From Candidatus Multivoradales bacterium (GTDB lineage Bacteria > Acidobacteriota > Thermoanaerobaculia > Multivoradales > J023), in NCBI GenBank assembly GCA_965248925.1, contig CBDFLE010000005.1, forward strand, positions 2,208,001-2,272,000: a stretch of 64,000 nt of DNA. The letters are read 5' to 3'. The notes beneath the pieces were generated by a model. The model searched no databases, had not been told where the DNA came from, and saw only the letters and a program-made list of their open reading frames with translations. Shown in pieces: positions 33,501 through 41,900 of the stretch. The stretch's first letter is position 1; the number at the start of each line of letters is the position of its first letter. The translations under genes were made by a program, and so were the position numbers.

Positions 33501-35918
33501 CAGCTCACCGCTCGCCCGTGGCGACAGCGGCTCGGCGCGAGAGTTCAGCACGTAGGCGCGGTAGTTACCCACCGGCCGGCCAACGCTCGGCGGGTCACCC
33601 TCCGAGACCTGCTGCCAGGTGCAGTTAATGGTGCACTCCGTAGGCCCGTAGACGTTGTAGAACCGCGACCCAGATCGCCGTGCCGCCAGCTGCCAGAGGT
33701 CTTCATTGAAGGGCTCGCCACCGACCAGCACCAGCTCCGGCCGGCCCTCGCCTTGACCTAGCCCGGCCGCCAGAGCTTGGCGCAAGAGGGTCGGCGTCAA
33801 ATCGAGAACGTCGATCTCATGATCTTCGAGATAGGCCACCAAGGCGGCCGGCTCGGCGCGCACCTCCGCTTTCAGAATATGCACCTGATCGCCCCACGCC
33901 AGCCTCCCGACCCCTTGCCAGGAGGCGTCGAAATAAAGCGGCGCATTGACCGTCACCGCCAACTGCTTGGAGGTTCGCGAATAAACCTCCTGGTCGAGCA
34001 TCTGGTTGAGGTTGAACAGGGCCGCATGGGGAATAACAATCCCCTTCGGCACCCCGGAAGAGCCCGAGGTGAAAATGGCGTAGGCCGCCTGCTGCATGTC
34101 GACCCGCAAATCCAGTGGGCCACTGCCGAGCCCTGCGGCCCGCTCGAGTTCATGTTGCAGATCGTCGACGCCAGCGATTGCCAGTTCGGCCAACCGGGCG
34201 AGGGGCTTGCCAGCGCTGAGGATCCGTCGAGCTCCGATCGATCCGAGCAGGGTGCGCAAGCGCTCGACCGGCTGCCAAGGGTCGAGCGGAACGCAGGTTC
34301 CGCCAGCTTTGAGAATCGCCAGCAGGGCAACGATCTGGCCCACTGAGCGGTCGAGCAACAAGACCACCGGCGCCTCTTCGGCGATGCCCCGCTGGCGCAG
34401 CCGCCGAGCCAGCTGGTTGGACTGCTCGCCGAGCTCGCCATAGGTCAGTTGGTCATCACCGCAGACCAGCGCCGTGGCGGCTGGCGAGCGCTCGGTCGCC
34501 GCCTCGACCCAGCGGTGAAAGGGCCTTGGCCACGCGCTCTGCCGGAGGGTGTCGTTCCAACCCTCGATCACTTGATGGCGGTCACTCGGAGTGAGTATCG
34601 GCAGCTCCTCCAGGCGCCGGTCTAGCCCCCCCGCCATCGCTTCCATCAAGGCACCGAGCTGGCCCACCAGACGCTGCATCACCTCCAGCTCGAGTTCTTC
34701 AGCGGCCAGCAGCAGGCCGATCTCGCGGCCGGGAGCCGCCACCAGGGTCACGCCGTAATGATCGCCGCTCCACATCCGCACTTCGCTGATCTCGAGACTG
34801 AGGTCGACTTCGGCCAGCGACTCTCCCAGCGGGTAGTTTTCAAAGGCCAGCAAGGTATCGAAAAGAGGGTGCTCGGTGGGCAGCCCCAGCGAGCGTTGGA
34901 TCTGCATCAGCGAGCTGCTCTCGAACTGCCGCGCTTCGACCTGGCCGGCCTGCAAGCTCTCCAACCAGTCCGCCAGCGGCGCGTCCCAGTCGATCACCGC
35001 TCGCACTGGCAAGGTGTTAATGAACATCCCGACCATGGCCTCGGCACCGGCCAACTCAGCCGGCCGTCCGGCGGTCACCGCACCGAAGAGCAGGTCTTCC
35101 CGGCCTCCGTAGTGGGCGAGCAAGATCGCCCAAGCGCCCTGCACCAGGGTGTTGAGGGTCAAACCATGTTGGGCCACCAAGGCGCGCAGCCGGTCGGTGG
35201 TCGTCGCGTCGACCCGGTAGCGGGCCTCCTGCTGTTGGCGTCCCGACGGCGGCGGCGCTACCAGCGGCAGACCCAGGCGGGTCGACGCGACGACCCCGCG
35301 CAAATATCTGTTCCAGAAACTCGACGCCAGGGTCGCATCTTGCTGCAAGTGCCAAGCGATGAAATCCCGAAAGGGCCGCGGCCGCCGGGCTCGCAGCTCA
35401 TCGCCACGGACCTTCGCCTCATAGGCGTCGAAAGCCTCCTGCACCACGATCGACACCGACCAGCCGTCCAGCAGCAAGTGGCTGTGGCTCCAGACGAAGC
35501 GCACTCGGTCCGCCGACAGACGGAAGAGGGCCAGGCGCATCAGGGGGGCCTGGCCGAGTTCGAACCCGGTCTGCCGATCTTGGGTCAGATAGTCGTTCAG
35601 GGCCGCCTCGCGGGCGGCTGGCGGCAAGTGGCGCCAGTCCTCCACCCGCAGCGGCACCTCGAATTTCCGGGTCACCACTTGCACCGGTGTCTCGACCCCT
35701 TCCCAGACGAAAGCGGTACGGAGCACCGGATAGCGCTCGATGATCCACCGCCAAGCGGCCTCGAACTGCTCGATGTCGAGACTGCCCGCCAAAGTGCAGC
35801 CGAGCTGCACGCAGTAGACCCCGCTGCCAGGATCGCGCAAAGTGTGAATCAGGATCCCCTGCTGGGCCGGCGACAGGGGATAGATGTCTTCGATATCTGG
35901 ACGGGCGCTCATCGTCAC
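18531..35918 (-). CDS. Five-module NRPS (5795 aa): C(DCL)-A(Glx-like)-T-C-A(Thr)-T-E-C(DCL)-A(Ser)-T-C-A(Gln)-T-C-A(Gly/Ala-like)-T
   Basis: The ORF translation shows C motifs SHLLLDGWS, HHTVSDGRS, HHLLLDGWS, HHIVSDGWS and HHIVTDGWS, and E motif HHLVIDGVSW. It has five A3 loops (TSGSxGxPKG) and T motifs GGNS, GGDS and GGHS x3. Codes read by eye: DAQDLGVINK, DFWNIGMVHK, DVWHISLVDK, DAWQFGLIDK, DVLQIGLVYK. The start is either the GTG at 35918 (GTGA overlap) or the ATG at 35912. Confidence 0.96.
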   Translation of the reverse strand: MTMSARPDIEDIYPLSPAQQGILIHTLRDPGSGVYCVQLGCTLAGSLDIEQFEAAWRWIIERYPVLRTAFVWEGVETPVQVVTRKFEVPLRVEDWRHLPPAAREAALNDYLTQDRQTGFELGQAPLMRLALFRLSADRVRFVWSHSHLLLDGWSVSIVVQEAFDAYEAKVRGDELRARRPRPFRDFIAWHLQQDATLASSFWNRYLRGVVASTRLGLPLVAPPPSGRQQQEARYRVDATTTDRLRALVAQHGLTLNTLVQGAWAILLAHYGGREDLLFGAVTAGRPAELAGAEAMVGMFINTLPVRAVIDWDAPLADWLESLQAGQVEARQFESSSLMQIQRSLGLPTEHPLFDTLLAFENYPLGESLAEVDLSLEISEVRMWSGDHYGVTLVAAPGREIGLLLAAEELELEVMQRLVGQLGALMEAMAGGLDRRLEELPILTPSDRHQVIEGWNDTLRQSAWPRPFHRWVEAATERSPAATALVCGDDQLTYGELGEQSNQLARRLRQRGIAEEAPVVLLLDRSVGQIVALLAILKAGGTCVPLDPWQPVERLRTLLGSIGARRILSAGKPLARLAELAIAGVDDLQHELERAAGLGSGPLDLRVDMQQAAYAIFTSGSSGVPKGIVIPHAALFNLNQMLDQEVYSRTSKQLAVTVNAPLYFDASWQGVGRLAWGDQVHILKAEVRAEPAALVAYLEDHEIDVLDLTPTLLRQALAAGLGQGEGRPELVLVGGEPFNEDLWQLAARRSGSRFYNVYGPTECTINCTWQQVSEGDPPSVGRPVGNYRAYVLNSRAEPLSPRASGELYVAGAGLARGYLGRPGMTAERFAPDPFGAAGSRMYRTGDLARHTSAGRLEILGRLDQQVKVHGARVEIGEIEAVLRRFPALEETVVAIRQQAAAPLVAWIVPRPLPSTQRRELMDHLRSWLPEYMVPSLLVGVEEMPRLASGKIDHRALLRLAEEAQPEESSRGRWDWIEELLVEVWSEVLGVDSIGAESDFFAQGGNSLLATRAVSRLRQALRVEVPLRSIFDTPRLPDLATELRLLVTEARGVSLPPLTAARRPRQIPLSFAQQRLWFLQRLDPGSSTYNLPLALRLLGPLDVAALRQALRRLVDRHEALRTTFPDSGGRPRQQIDQSALLDMPLVELAGCPASEVERQVADFARRPFDLARGPLLRALLLRLAPSEHVAVLSMHHTVSDGRSIEIMISELSHFYRQALGQPVASLPALPVQYADYATWQRGWLAGDFLQRQLDFWKGQLDGAPERLELPVDRARLALRSVAGGRYHSHLGADSYAALRQLGRARSMTPFMVLAALFEALLSRLSGQSEVTLGTPVAGRGELATEGLVGMFVNTLVLRGELEVGSTFVDLLQQVRQVALEVYAHQEVPFEKLVDELQPERSLSRTPLFEAMLVFEQRAPAALELPGLRVEGFKAAPAVAKFDLTLLASEQDDGLALAFEYGSEIFDASTIERWMGYLQRLAQAVIEDPQAELASVALLSTAERQELLQEWSGTGARYELRGGLWEAFAATSASCPEALALSFEGHSLTYGQLHAAAGSLAGQLWSAGVRPGALVALLLPRDTTLVVSILAILRCAAAYLPVDPELPAARLRFIAADSGAEVWVTCAALRQQLPPAVGSVVELEVGESLPEPLERVPSWVTGEPELPAYVIYTSGSTGRPKGVVVSHGQVLRLLRATKADFRFTATEVWTLFHSYSFDFSVWEIWGALLYGGRLVVVPYWVSRSPERFLKLLATSRVTVLNQTPSAFRQLIQAEALRPTELALRWVIFGGEALDPSTLSAWVDRHGDDAPGLVNMYGITETTVHVTYHRLLRAEVRGGFGSAIGQPLADLRLYLLDRLGQPVPQGVGGELVVGGGGVARGYLGRAGLTAARFVPDPYGCDSGERLYRSGDLGRWLADGGVEYLGRLDQQVKVRGFRIELGEIEAVLSQHQAVAEVAVMARRDGAAESIRLVAYVVPTAAGLALEELRAHLAARLPAYMVPAAFVELPALPLTANGKLDRRALPAPEAQRPQLAGSLVAPRGPVEETLVRIWEEVLGVEGIGSQDNFFALGGDSILSIQIVAKANQAALRLLPKDVFLHQTVAELAAVVGQAPAIDAEAGEVTGEQWLTPIQRWFFASCATDRHHFNQSLLFEVRQRLDPARLLAVVGVLLGQHDALRLRFSESASGWQARYETADRPNVAFEADLSALPQVARSAALEKLAAAVQTSLDLAAGPLLRIGWIEMGSGEHGRLLLVVHHLVIDGVSWRILLEDLQSAYADLAAGRPLALPAKTTSYQRWAQRLWQHASSSRVADELRYWSVDRGWAGRRLPRRPAAASGNGRRRSTRSLGISLDEAETRALLNEVHGAYRTRVQDLLIAALAMAFRRWTGAPGLLLDLESHGREELADDIDVSRTVGWFTVIAPVALDLQGLEQPAEVLKEVKESLRTLPRQGLAYGLARYAAGSSAAAAAPLPDAEVSFNYLGQLDRVLGAESSFVPAAEQAGRDLSPQQERVYLLEVGARIADHRLQAHFDFSSECHRAATIEALAAGFREALRELIRHCLEPAAGGFTPSDFVLAGLDQQTLDRLADQVGDVEDIYPLAPLQQGLLFHSLEQPAAGVYVEQLTCKLVGELDRSAFNRAWRTAIGRHSILRTSFHWRDLDQPLQIVHRQAAPRLELLDWRQLDGAAQDESLARLRDEDSRRGFDLETPPLRLFLMRCGPREHRLLWTFHHLLLDGWSLPILLNEVFSSYAAEQAGQVEPALAARPYRDYIDWISRQDRDQAESYWRGHLADFSAPSRIEVEGGMEAGAAERAEWQVLLSAELTADLRAFAASNRLTLNTVLQGMWALLLARWSGTSDVLFGAVTSGRPVTLPGVERMVGLFINTIPVRVSVHGAATVAVLGELQSDQIEARQHEFLPLNVIQAFTGVAPPTRLFDSLLVFENYPEERTSGSADEQGLRVDDYRFSESTGYPLTLMAAPFDRLSLTLQADSATLAEVDLRRLAASLERLLASLPEHADRPLLELPTWSASELQQARVEWNDSAAQFAAADHCLAELLERAFSRWPERCAVISGTAELSYGELDQRSASLAFWLLERGVGAESRVGVCLQRGTDLVIALVAILRAGGAYVPLDPEYPAQRLAFMVDDSSPSLVLTSAALGERLAGVKPPLIYLDSLEQELARVCRQSQLAACRRGGADRLAYVIYTSGSTGRPKGAMNSHRAIVNRLLWMQAAYGLEADDRVLQKTPMSFDVSVWEFFWPLSVGAGLVLARPGGHRDPDYLVELIERRRVTTLHFVPSMLRAFLAAEGLPRCAPLRRLISSGEALPAELVRATRQRLGCPLHNLYGPTEAAVDVTAWPCGRAEESGRVPIGRPIGNLRLLVLSPDLRGLPGGVVGELHIAGVGLARGYWARPALTAESWLPAPSPSVPGERLYRTGDLARWRSDGALEYFGRLDQQVKIRGLRIELGEIEAALESHPAVVAAAVLALPLAGSDADRLAAWVVPQGDHPAVDALRDHLGQRLPSYMVPATVTVLEKLPLTANGKLDRRALSELQEIRPSAGPQRPMGPLEALVAQTFERLLGVEEVAAEDSFFALGGHSLLALQVASALRQVTATEVALQQVLRHPTVAELAASIEISRRSGGALPLPPLEPLERGDAIPLSFAQQQLWFLHQLRPESTAYNLATAFRLRGALDRRAFAAAISELVRRHEALRTAFEDRSGTPAQVLVDFAADLLTVVDLSSLAAGCRLAEARRGMRLEANRSYDLEHSALFRARLWRLADDHHVALLAIHHIVSDGWSMGVMARELGELYGAYCQARQSPLAEPEVQFADWALWQHRWMGEAAVGRQLDYWREQLAGIPPLLELPIDRPRPSVPSTAGDFAPVVFSAELTAAVDALARQHLVTPFMVQTAAFQALLGRYSGQDDFCIGTVVAGRHHAGTESLVGFFVNTLVLRAELAGEPCLAALLQRTKSSVLEAYRHQDLPFEKLVEELDPVRSLTYPPIFQALLVQQAGWQSDAELEGLEAEPMGVRGEAVQMDLVLSLEHREGHIAGTLQFRKDLFDRTTISRLNGHLQRLLAVAIERPEAALSSLPLLAASERQQLLQEYSDSATSYPDAVLGLWRLIARQAEQRPDAVALSAVGGSLSYAELLQRSRRLGARLLDLGVGPEVRVGICLQRSPEMVLALLGVLAAGGAWVPVDPELPTARQSFLIEDSGVELLLCDTAERPPAGDIRCLRVAELVGDDASLVERLPLPDQLAYVIYTSGSTGRPKGVMVSQRAILNRLLWMQATYPIGSGDRVLQKTSLGFDASVWEFFAPLLAGATLELAAAGEQRDLAALGRRVLRRRTTVLQLVPSQLQIYVEEPVSAEPAALRRLFSGGEALPERLRQRVGERLGVALINLYGPTETAIDASHQSADRRTSASSVVPIGRPVGNLRPRVVARRMRLVPPGAAGELWVGGLGLARGYAGRPTWTAERFVPDPWPSRPGARLYRTGDRVRWLADGRLEYRGRVDQQLKVRGVRIEPGEIESVLHRQSGLQAAAVAVAGHGPEGRLVAYCVALGAPPSAAELRQHLAAELPETMLPSVYVMLDELPRMASGKVDRGALLALPAAGLAAAVRRAPRTPTESLLVGVWQQILGLETVGPEDDFFDLGGHSLLATRVISQIREALGVEVALRQLFEAPVLADLARALDRGLRGADLPPPPLVRTTEPEPPLSFAQERLWFLQQLDPWLTAYNLLVAVRFSGPLDLAALAMALHWLVERHAVLRTVFVERDGEPRQVVRSAVPISLPQVDLEGLRPAQREAELQRWQDGLLAYPYALDQGPLLRPLVLRLDHREHAVLLGLHHIVTDGWSEEILLRELSAAYRAARTGEQPSWAPLPLQYADYAAWQRGWLRDQPLATLVQGWQMMLDGAPMALPLITDRPRPRVMTHRGAQAGFGLSGETSAALREFCRRRHATLFIALLAAFEALLSRFGGALDFLVGAPVAGRSQLATEGLIGCFVNTLVLRADLAEDPSFETLVRRCREATLQASAHQDLPFEKLVEALQPARDLSRSPLVQALINFEQTEPLELDLGEVEVRPLDGARVDAQFDLSFGVLDDGRAVGGSLVYNTDLFDSTTASRFAHHLQALLGAALIDPQRPLSALPVLAASELQQLLQEWNDTACGQTDDAEATLHGLFAVQAASNPERSALRFADTELSYRQLDAAANRLARRLRAEGVVAEARVGLLMARCLELPVATLAILKSGGAYVPLAAATPRERLETQLRDAGIEVVLTAGDEGRLLADLEVQRIDLRRDADAIDAYSDKPLEDRCAAARLAYVIYTSGSTGRPKGVMVPHFAVLNFLRWLHRRGIVEVADRVVLKTPMVFDVSILELFGPLLLGLTVEIAPADGHRDLVSLVGHLQSCRATVLQLVPSQLGLLLDEPEIGRCTSLRKLISGGEALPESLRERCAELLPGVELINLYGPTEAAVYVTALCCSTGGRGSGSTVPLGRPGGDMRVEVVGRDLRPLPIGAAGELVISGRCLARGYIARPAVTALQLVPNALGDRPGGRLYRTGDLVRVLSDGRLEFLGRIDQQLKINGMRIEPEEIEGRLLDHPAVAEAAVVARPAAAVGLQLVAFFVADQVAPAELADWLRQALPEYLVPTRIEAVEVLPRTASRKIDRRALVERPLAGGVADEVIYVQPSSPSEEMLAEIWSELLGKEEIGSRHDFFALGGHSLLAMRMVARIRSACGVEVAVREIFARSQLAQLASYLDQRLIEEAGETQVDDLLELLESMDDEEALRLLEAETGAGHDRGEQS
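18542..18548 (-). promoter_or_regulatory. Shine-Dalgarno (AGAGGAG) for the TTG start at 18534; translational coupling
   Basis: The minus strand reads ATAGAGGAGAGCAGAG-TTG-A, with the TTG overlapping the upstream TGA. Confidence 0.65.
28230..29550 (-). other. Epimerization domain after Thr module
   Basis: LTPIQRWF, HHLVIDGVSWRIL, LESHGRE, RTVGWFT, FNYLGQ. It is preceded by a GGDS T domain and followed by a DCL-type C domain. Confidence 0.92.
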
Positions 35919-38900
35919 TCCCCGACCTTGCCGAAGCGTCCGAGAACATTCTCGAGCTGCCCGGCGTCGAGCTTGGCGAGTGGAAAGTCCGCTGGCGTAG
36001 GTTCAGGCCGCTCGGCCTCGCTGGCGACATCGATGAGCTTGCCGAGCTGCTTCAAGAAGCCGCCCGCGACCCGTTCCAGGGCGCCGTGATCTCCGCTTTC
36101 ACCGGCCAGGTTCCAGCTCACCGTCAGGCGACCATCGGCAACCTTGGCGGTGATCTCCAGACTGTGCGAGGGCTTCTGTAGCGGGCTCCGCTGGGGACCG
36201 GTGCTCTCGGCAGCCTGAACGAAGGAAGACTCGGCTTCGAGCACCCGATCGAGCTGCCCCAAGTAGTTGAAGAGGACCTCGGAGGGTGCTATCGCGGCGA
36301 TCCCGTGGCCGCTCTCGTCGGTCCGCAGATAGCGCAGCAGGCCGAAGCTCAAACCCCGGCGCGGCACGGATCGCAACCGCTCTCTGACCTGGCGCAAGAT
36401 CGCCATCGGTTGCCGGCAGCGACGAAGATCGAAGCTCACCGGATAGATGGTGGTGAACCAGCCGACCGTACGGGTGACGTCGATATCGTCGCCGACGTCC
36501 TCCCGGCCATGCCCCTCAAGGTCGAGTTGCACGATCCGCGAACCCATCCAGGTGGCCAAGGCTTCCAGGATCGCCGCCAGCAAGATCTCCTGGGTCTGCA
36601 CCGCCAGATCTTCCGGTAGCCCGTGCAACAGAACCTCGGTCTGCTCCGGATCGAGGCTCACCGTGGTGCTCTGGCCGGCCTCGCTATGGGTCGAAGCGCG
36701 ATGGATCCGCGGCAGCCGGCCGGCCTGACTCTGGCCCCGGCTGAGCCAAAAATCGCCATCCCCGACCAAAGCCTCCGACCCGGCGAGGGCGGTCAGCCGC
36801 TCGGCCCAGGCTTGGTAGGAAGACGAACGCGGCGGCAACCGCGCTGGCTGGCCGGCAGCGAGCTGCTGGTAGACCCGCTGCAAGTCAGCCAGCAAGATTC
36901 GCCAAGAGATACCGTCGACCGCCAGGTGATGGATGATCAGCAGCAGGCGCGAGGAACGCTCGGCGCCCAGATCGAGCCAGATCACCCGCGCTAGCGGCCC
37001 GGCACCGAGGTTCAGAGCGCGTTGGGCGCGGTCGGCGGCCGCGCTCAGCAGCTCGGCAGGAGGGTGCTGCTCGTCGACCACCGCCGACAGGTCGAGCACC
37101 GAGAACGGCGCCGCTTCCCCAGGCGGCAGGTTGTGCGCTTGCCAACCGGCGTCCTGGCGGACGAAGCGCAGCCGCAATCCGTCGTGGTGTTCGACCAGAG
37201 TATCGAACACCCGCCGCAGAATCTTCGGATCGAGGCGCTCCCGCACCTCCAACATCAGCGCTTGGTTGAAATGATCGACCTCGACCAGCTGCTGGTCGAA
37301 GAACCAATGCTGGATCGGGGTCAGCTGCACTGGCCCGCTGACCGGCCCGCGATCGGCGATCGGCGGCCCTAGACTCTCCGCAACTCGGGCCAACTCGGCG
37401 ATGTTCTGATGCAGGAAAATATGCCGGGGGGCGATCTTGAGCCCCGCCTCGTTGACCTTGGCGACGATCTGGATCGATTGGATCGAGTCGCCTCCGAGGA
37501 CAAAGAAATTGTCTTCGACACCGATCTTCTCGAGCCCCAAGACCTCCTCCCAGATGGACGTCAGCAGGTGTTCGACCGGGGTCTCGGGAGCCAGGTAGGA
37601 AGTTTCGGCGGCCAGCCTTTCCTCGGTCTTCGGCCGCGGCAGCGCTCGCCGGTCGAGCTTGCCGTTGCTGGTCAAGGGCAGCCGCTCGAGAACGACGAAT
37701 TCGGCCGGTACCATGTACGACGGCAAGCGTTCGCCGAGACCCTGCCGCAGCTCCTCGAGACGCAGCTCTTGGTCCGCCGCGGCGACCAAGTAGGCGACCA
37801 GCCGAGCGTCCGCCGAACCCGCCTCGCGCAGCGCCATCACCGCCGCCGCCGCCACTTGCGGCTGCTCGCGCAGTAGCGCTTCGATCTCTCCTGGCTCGAT
37901 GCGGAAGCCCCGCACCTTCACCTGCTGATCGATCCGTCCCAAGTACTCGAGATCGCCATCGGCAAGCCAACGCGCCAGATCACCAGAGCGGTAGAGCCGG
38001 GCGCCGGAGCCGCCACCGAGAGCATCTGGCACGAAGCGGCTGGCGGTCAGCGCGCCACGGCCCAGGTAGCCTAGCGCCACTCCAGCGCCACCCACCACCA
38101 GCTCACCGCCAACCCCCTGGGGTACCGGGTGGCCGCGGCGATCGAGTAAGAAGATCCGTAGATCCGCCAGCGGCCGTCCGACATTGCTGCCGAACCCGGC
38201 GCTGATCTCAGCGGCGCTGATCCGGTGAAAGGTCGAGTGGACGGTGGTTTCGGTGATGCCGTACATGTTGATCAACCGCGGCGAGCTGTCGCCATGGCGA
38301 TCCAGCCACCCCCTGAGGGTCGAGGGGTCGAGGGCCTCGCCGGCAAAAACGACGTAGCGCAGGGTGTGCTGGACGGCTCGGTCGAGGGTCGACTCCGCCG
38401 AGATCAGCTGCCGGAACGCCGACGGCGTCTGGCTCAGCACGGTCACCCCCTCGGTCTGCAGCAGCTCGAGAAAACGATCCGGTGATCGGCTCACCCAATA
38501 GGGCACAACGACCAGACGGCCACCGTGCAGCAGTGCCCCCCAGATCTCCCACACCGACACATCGAAAGCGTAGGAGTGGAACAAGGTCCAGACATCCTCA
38601 GCAGCGAAACCGAAGTGCTGTTGGCTGGAGCGCAGCAGGCGGAGCACCTGATCATGGGCCACCACCACCCCTTTCGGCACACCGGTTGATCCGGAGGTGT
38701 AGATCACATAGGCGGCATGCCCCGGATCGCCCGTCACCCAGGCGGGCACGGTGGGCGGATTCGGCCCGGTCGCGGCGTCGATCTCGATCACCTGGCCAGC
38801 CAAAGGCGGCAGGCGATCGCGCAGCGAAGAAGAGGTCAGCAATAGGGAGCAAGCGCTGTCTTCGGCGAGGAAGCGCAGCCGTTCCGCTGGCACCTCGGGA

Positions 38901-41900
38901 TCGATCGGCACGTAGACCGCGGCGCAGCGCAGGGTCGCCAGAATGGCCACCACCAGCAGCGCGTCGCGCTCCAGGAAGAGGCCCACCGACTGTCCCGGAC
39001 GCACCCCGTAGGCCCACAGCCGGCCAGCCAGCTCAGCGGCCTGATCGCGCAGCTCCAGGTAGGTCAGCTGGACTTCCCCGGCATTCACCGCGATGGCTTG
39101 CGGCTGCAGCTCGACGGTGGTGGCAAAAGCTTCCCACAGGCCACCCTCGAATTCGAAGGTCACTCCCTGGCCACTCCATTCCACCACCAGCTCCTGCCGC
39201 TCCGCCTCGCTGAGCAGCGACAGCGTGGTCAAAGCCCGATCCGGCTCAGCCACCGCTGCTGCCAGCAGCTGCTCCAGCTGCCCCACCCAGCGGGCGATGG
39301 TCGAGCGGTCGAACAAGTCGGTGGCGTATTGCAGATCGCCGACCACACCGGCGGCAGTTTCCTGCAGGCCCAAAGTCAGGTCGAACTTGGCGCTCTGACT
39401 GTCGATCTGCAGCCCCTTGATCACCAGCTCCGCCACCTCGAGCTCAACCCCAGGCACGTTCTGGAAAGCGAACATGGTCTGGAAGAGTGGCGAGTAGGCC
39501 AGATCCCGCACCAGCTGCAGCTCGTCCACCAATCTCTCGAAGGGCAGGTCTTGATGGGCGTCGGCCGCCAGCGCGGTCTCGCGGGCCGCCGTCAGGGCCT
39601 CGCCGAAGCTCAGCTGATCACCGAATCGGCCGCGCAGCACGAGGGTGTTGACAAACAGGCCGATCAAGCCTTCGACCTCCAACCGGCGGCGGCCGGCGAT
39701 CGGCGTTCCTAGCAGGATGTCGTCTTGCCCACTGAGTCTGAAGAGCAGGGTTTGGAAGGCGGTCAGCAACACCATGAATGGGGTCGCGCCATGGCTCCTA
39801 CCAAGCTCGCGGGCAGCTTCCGAGAGCGCCTTGGGCAGCCGCACCGGATAGGAGCCGCCAGCGAAACTCCAGCTTGCCGGACGCGGCCGATCGAGCGGCA
39901 GGTCGAGCAGTGCCGGCGCTCCGGCAAGCTCGCTCCGCCAATACTCCAGCTGGCGTTCGAGCACCGCTCCCGACAGCCACTGCCGCTGCCAGACGGCGAA
40001 GTCGGCATATTGAATCGGCAGCGCCGGCAGGATCGCCGCGCGACCAGCCACCGCCGCCTCATAGAGCTTGGCGACCTCGTCGATCAGGATCGAAACCGAC
40101 CAACCATCAGCGGCGATGTGGTGAATCGTCGCCACCACCCAATGCTGGGTAGCACCGAGGCGGAGGATCTGCAGCCGCAGCAGAGGAGCCCGGCTCAAGT
40201 CGTAGGGCCGGCGGTTGAGCTGCTCGCTGTGGCGCCGCGCCGCCGCCGATCGCTGCGGCTCGCTCAAGGCCGACAGATCGATCAACGGCAAGTCCAGCGG
40301 TAGCGCCGCTTCGACCACTTGCACCGCCCCACCACCACCCAGGGCGAAGCGGGTGCGCAGCGTCTCATGGCGCTGGCGCAACTGGTTGATCGCCTGGCGC
40401 AAGGCCCGCGGGTCGAGAGCGCCCTCGAGCTCGAGAGCGAAGGGAATGTTGTAGGCCGAGCTCTGCGGATCGAGCTGCTGGATGAACCACATCCGCTGCT
40501 GGGCGAAGGACAGAGCCAGCCCTGCGCCTCGCTCCACCGGCTGCAGCGGCACCGCCGGCGGCTCCTCCCCCGCCACCCGGGCCATCGCCACCCGGCGAGC
40601 AAAGCCGGCCAGGGTCGAGTCCTCGAAGATCGCCCGCAGCTCGAGCTCGACGCCAAGCACCTTGCGCAGTCGCGACAAAACGCGGGTGGCCAGCAGCGAG
40701 TGTCCGCCCAAGGCGAAAAAATCATCCTGCCGGCCAATCTCGCCCAGCGCCAGCACCTCGCTCCAGATACCGCTCACCAGATCTTCTACAAAGCCGCCAC
40801 CAGCCCAGCCACCGGTAGCCGCCGTGCTCGGCGCTGCCAGCTCGAGCGCCGCCAAAGCCGCGCGGTCGATCTTGCCGTTGGCGTTCAGCGGCAGTCGTTC
40901 GAGCACCGTCACGACGCTCGGCACCATCGCCTCCGGCAGGCTTGCCGCCACCCGCTTGCGGAGCTCTTCGGCGCTGACCTGAGCGTCGTTGGCCAGCACC
41001 ACAAAGGCCATCAGGCTCAGCGAGCCGCCGACCTCCGGCCTGGCGATGGTGACGGCGGTCACGACCTCCGGCTGGCGCTGCAAGACCGCGTCGACCTCGC
41101 CAGGCTCGATACGCTGGCCGCGTACCTTGACCTGGAAATCGACCCGGCCCAAGAAGTCCAAATTGCCGTCGCCGCAATACTTCACCAGATCACCGGTGCG
41201 ATAGAGGCGCTGGCCCTCCCCATAGGGGTCGGGAATGAAGACCTCGGCGGTCCTGCCGGGCTGCGCCAGATAGCCGCGGCCAACTCCGACACCACTGGCG
41301 AAGAGCTCGCCGACGACGCCGACCGGCAAGCGGCGGAGCTGCCGATCGAGCACCGAGAGGTCGATGTTGGCTATCGGTCGGCCCACCACTATGCGTTCGA
41401 CTCGGCAATCGTCGATCTTCCGCACAAAGGTCTGGGAGATATTGTCGGAGCACTCGGCCGGCCCGTAGGCATTGATGATCGGAATCCGCGGATATCGCCG
41501 CAGCCAGCGCCGGCACAGCTCAGGGGCGATCGCCTCGCCACTCGACATCAACCATTCGAGGGCGGTGAGTCGCGGCGCCTTGGATCCGGCGCCATCGAGC
41601 TCCTCCAACGCATAGCGCAAGAAGGACGGCACCACTTCCAGAATCGTCACCCCGCGTTGCTCGATCGCGCCCAGCAGACGTGACGGGTCGAAGGCCAGCC
41701 GGTCGTCGAAGATCTCGGTTCGCCCACCCGCCAAGATCGCCGCCAGCAGCTGCCAGACCGAGACGTCGAAGGTCTGGGCGGCGCTCTGCGCCACCACCGT
41801 GGACGGACTGAATCGGTAGTCACAGATCTTCGCCCACACCTGGTTGAGCAAGCCGCGATGGTCGAGCATCGCCGCCTTGGGCAGGCCGGTGGAACCGGAA

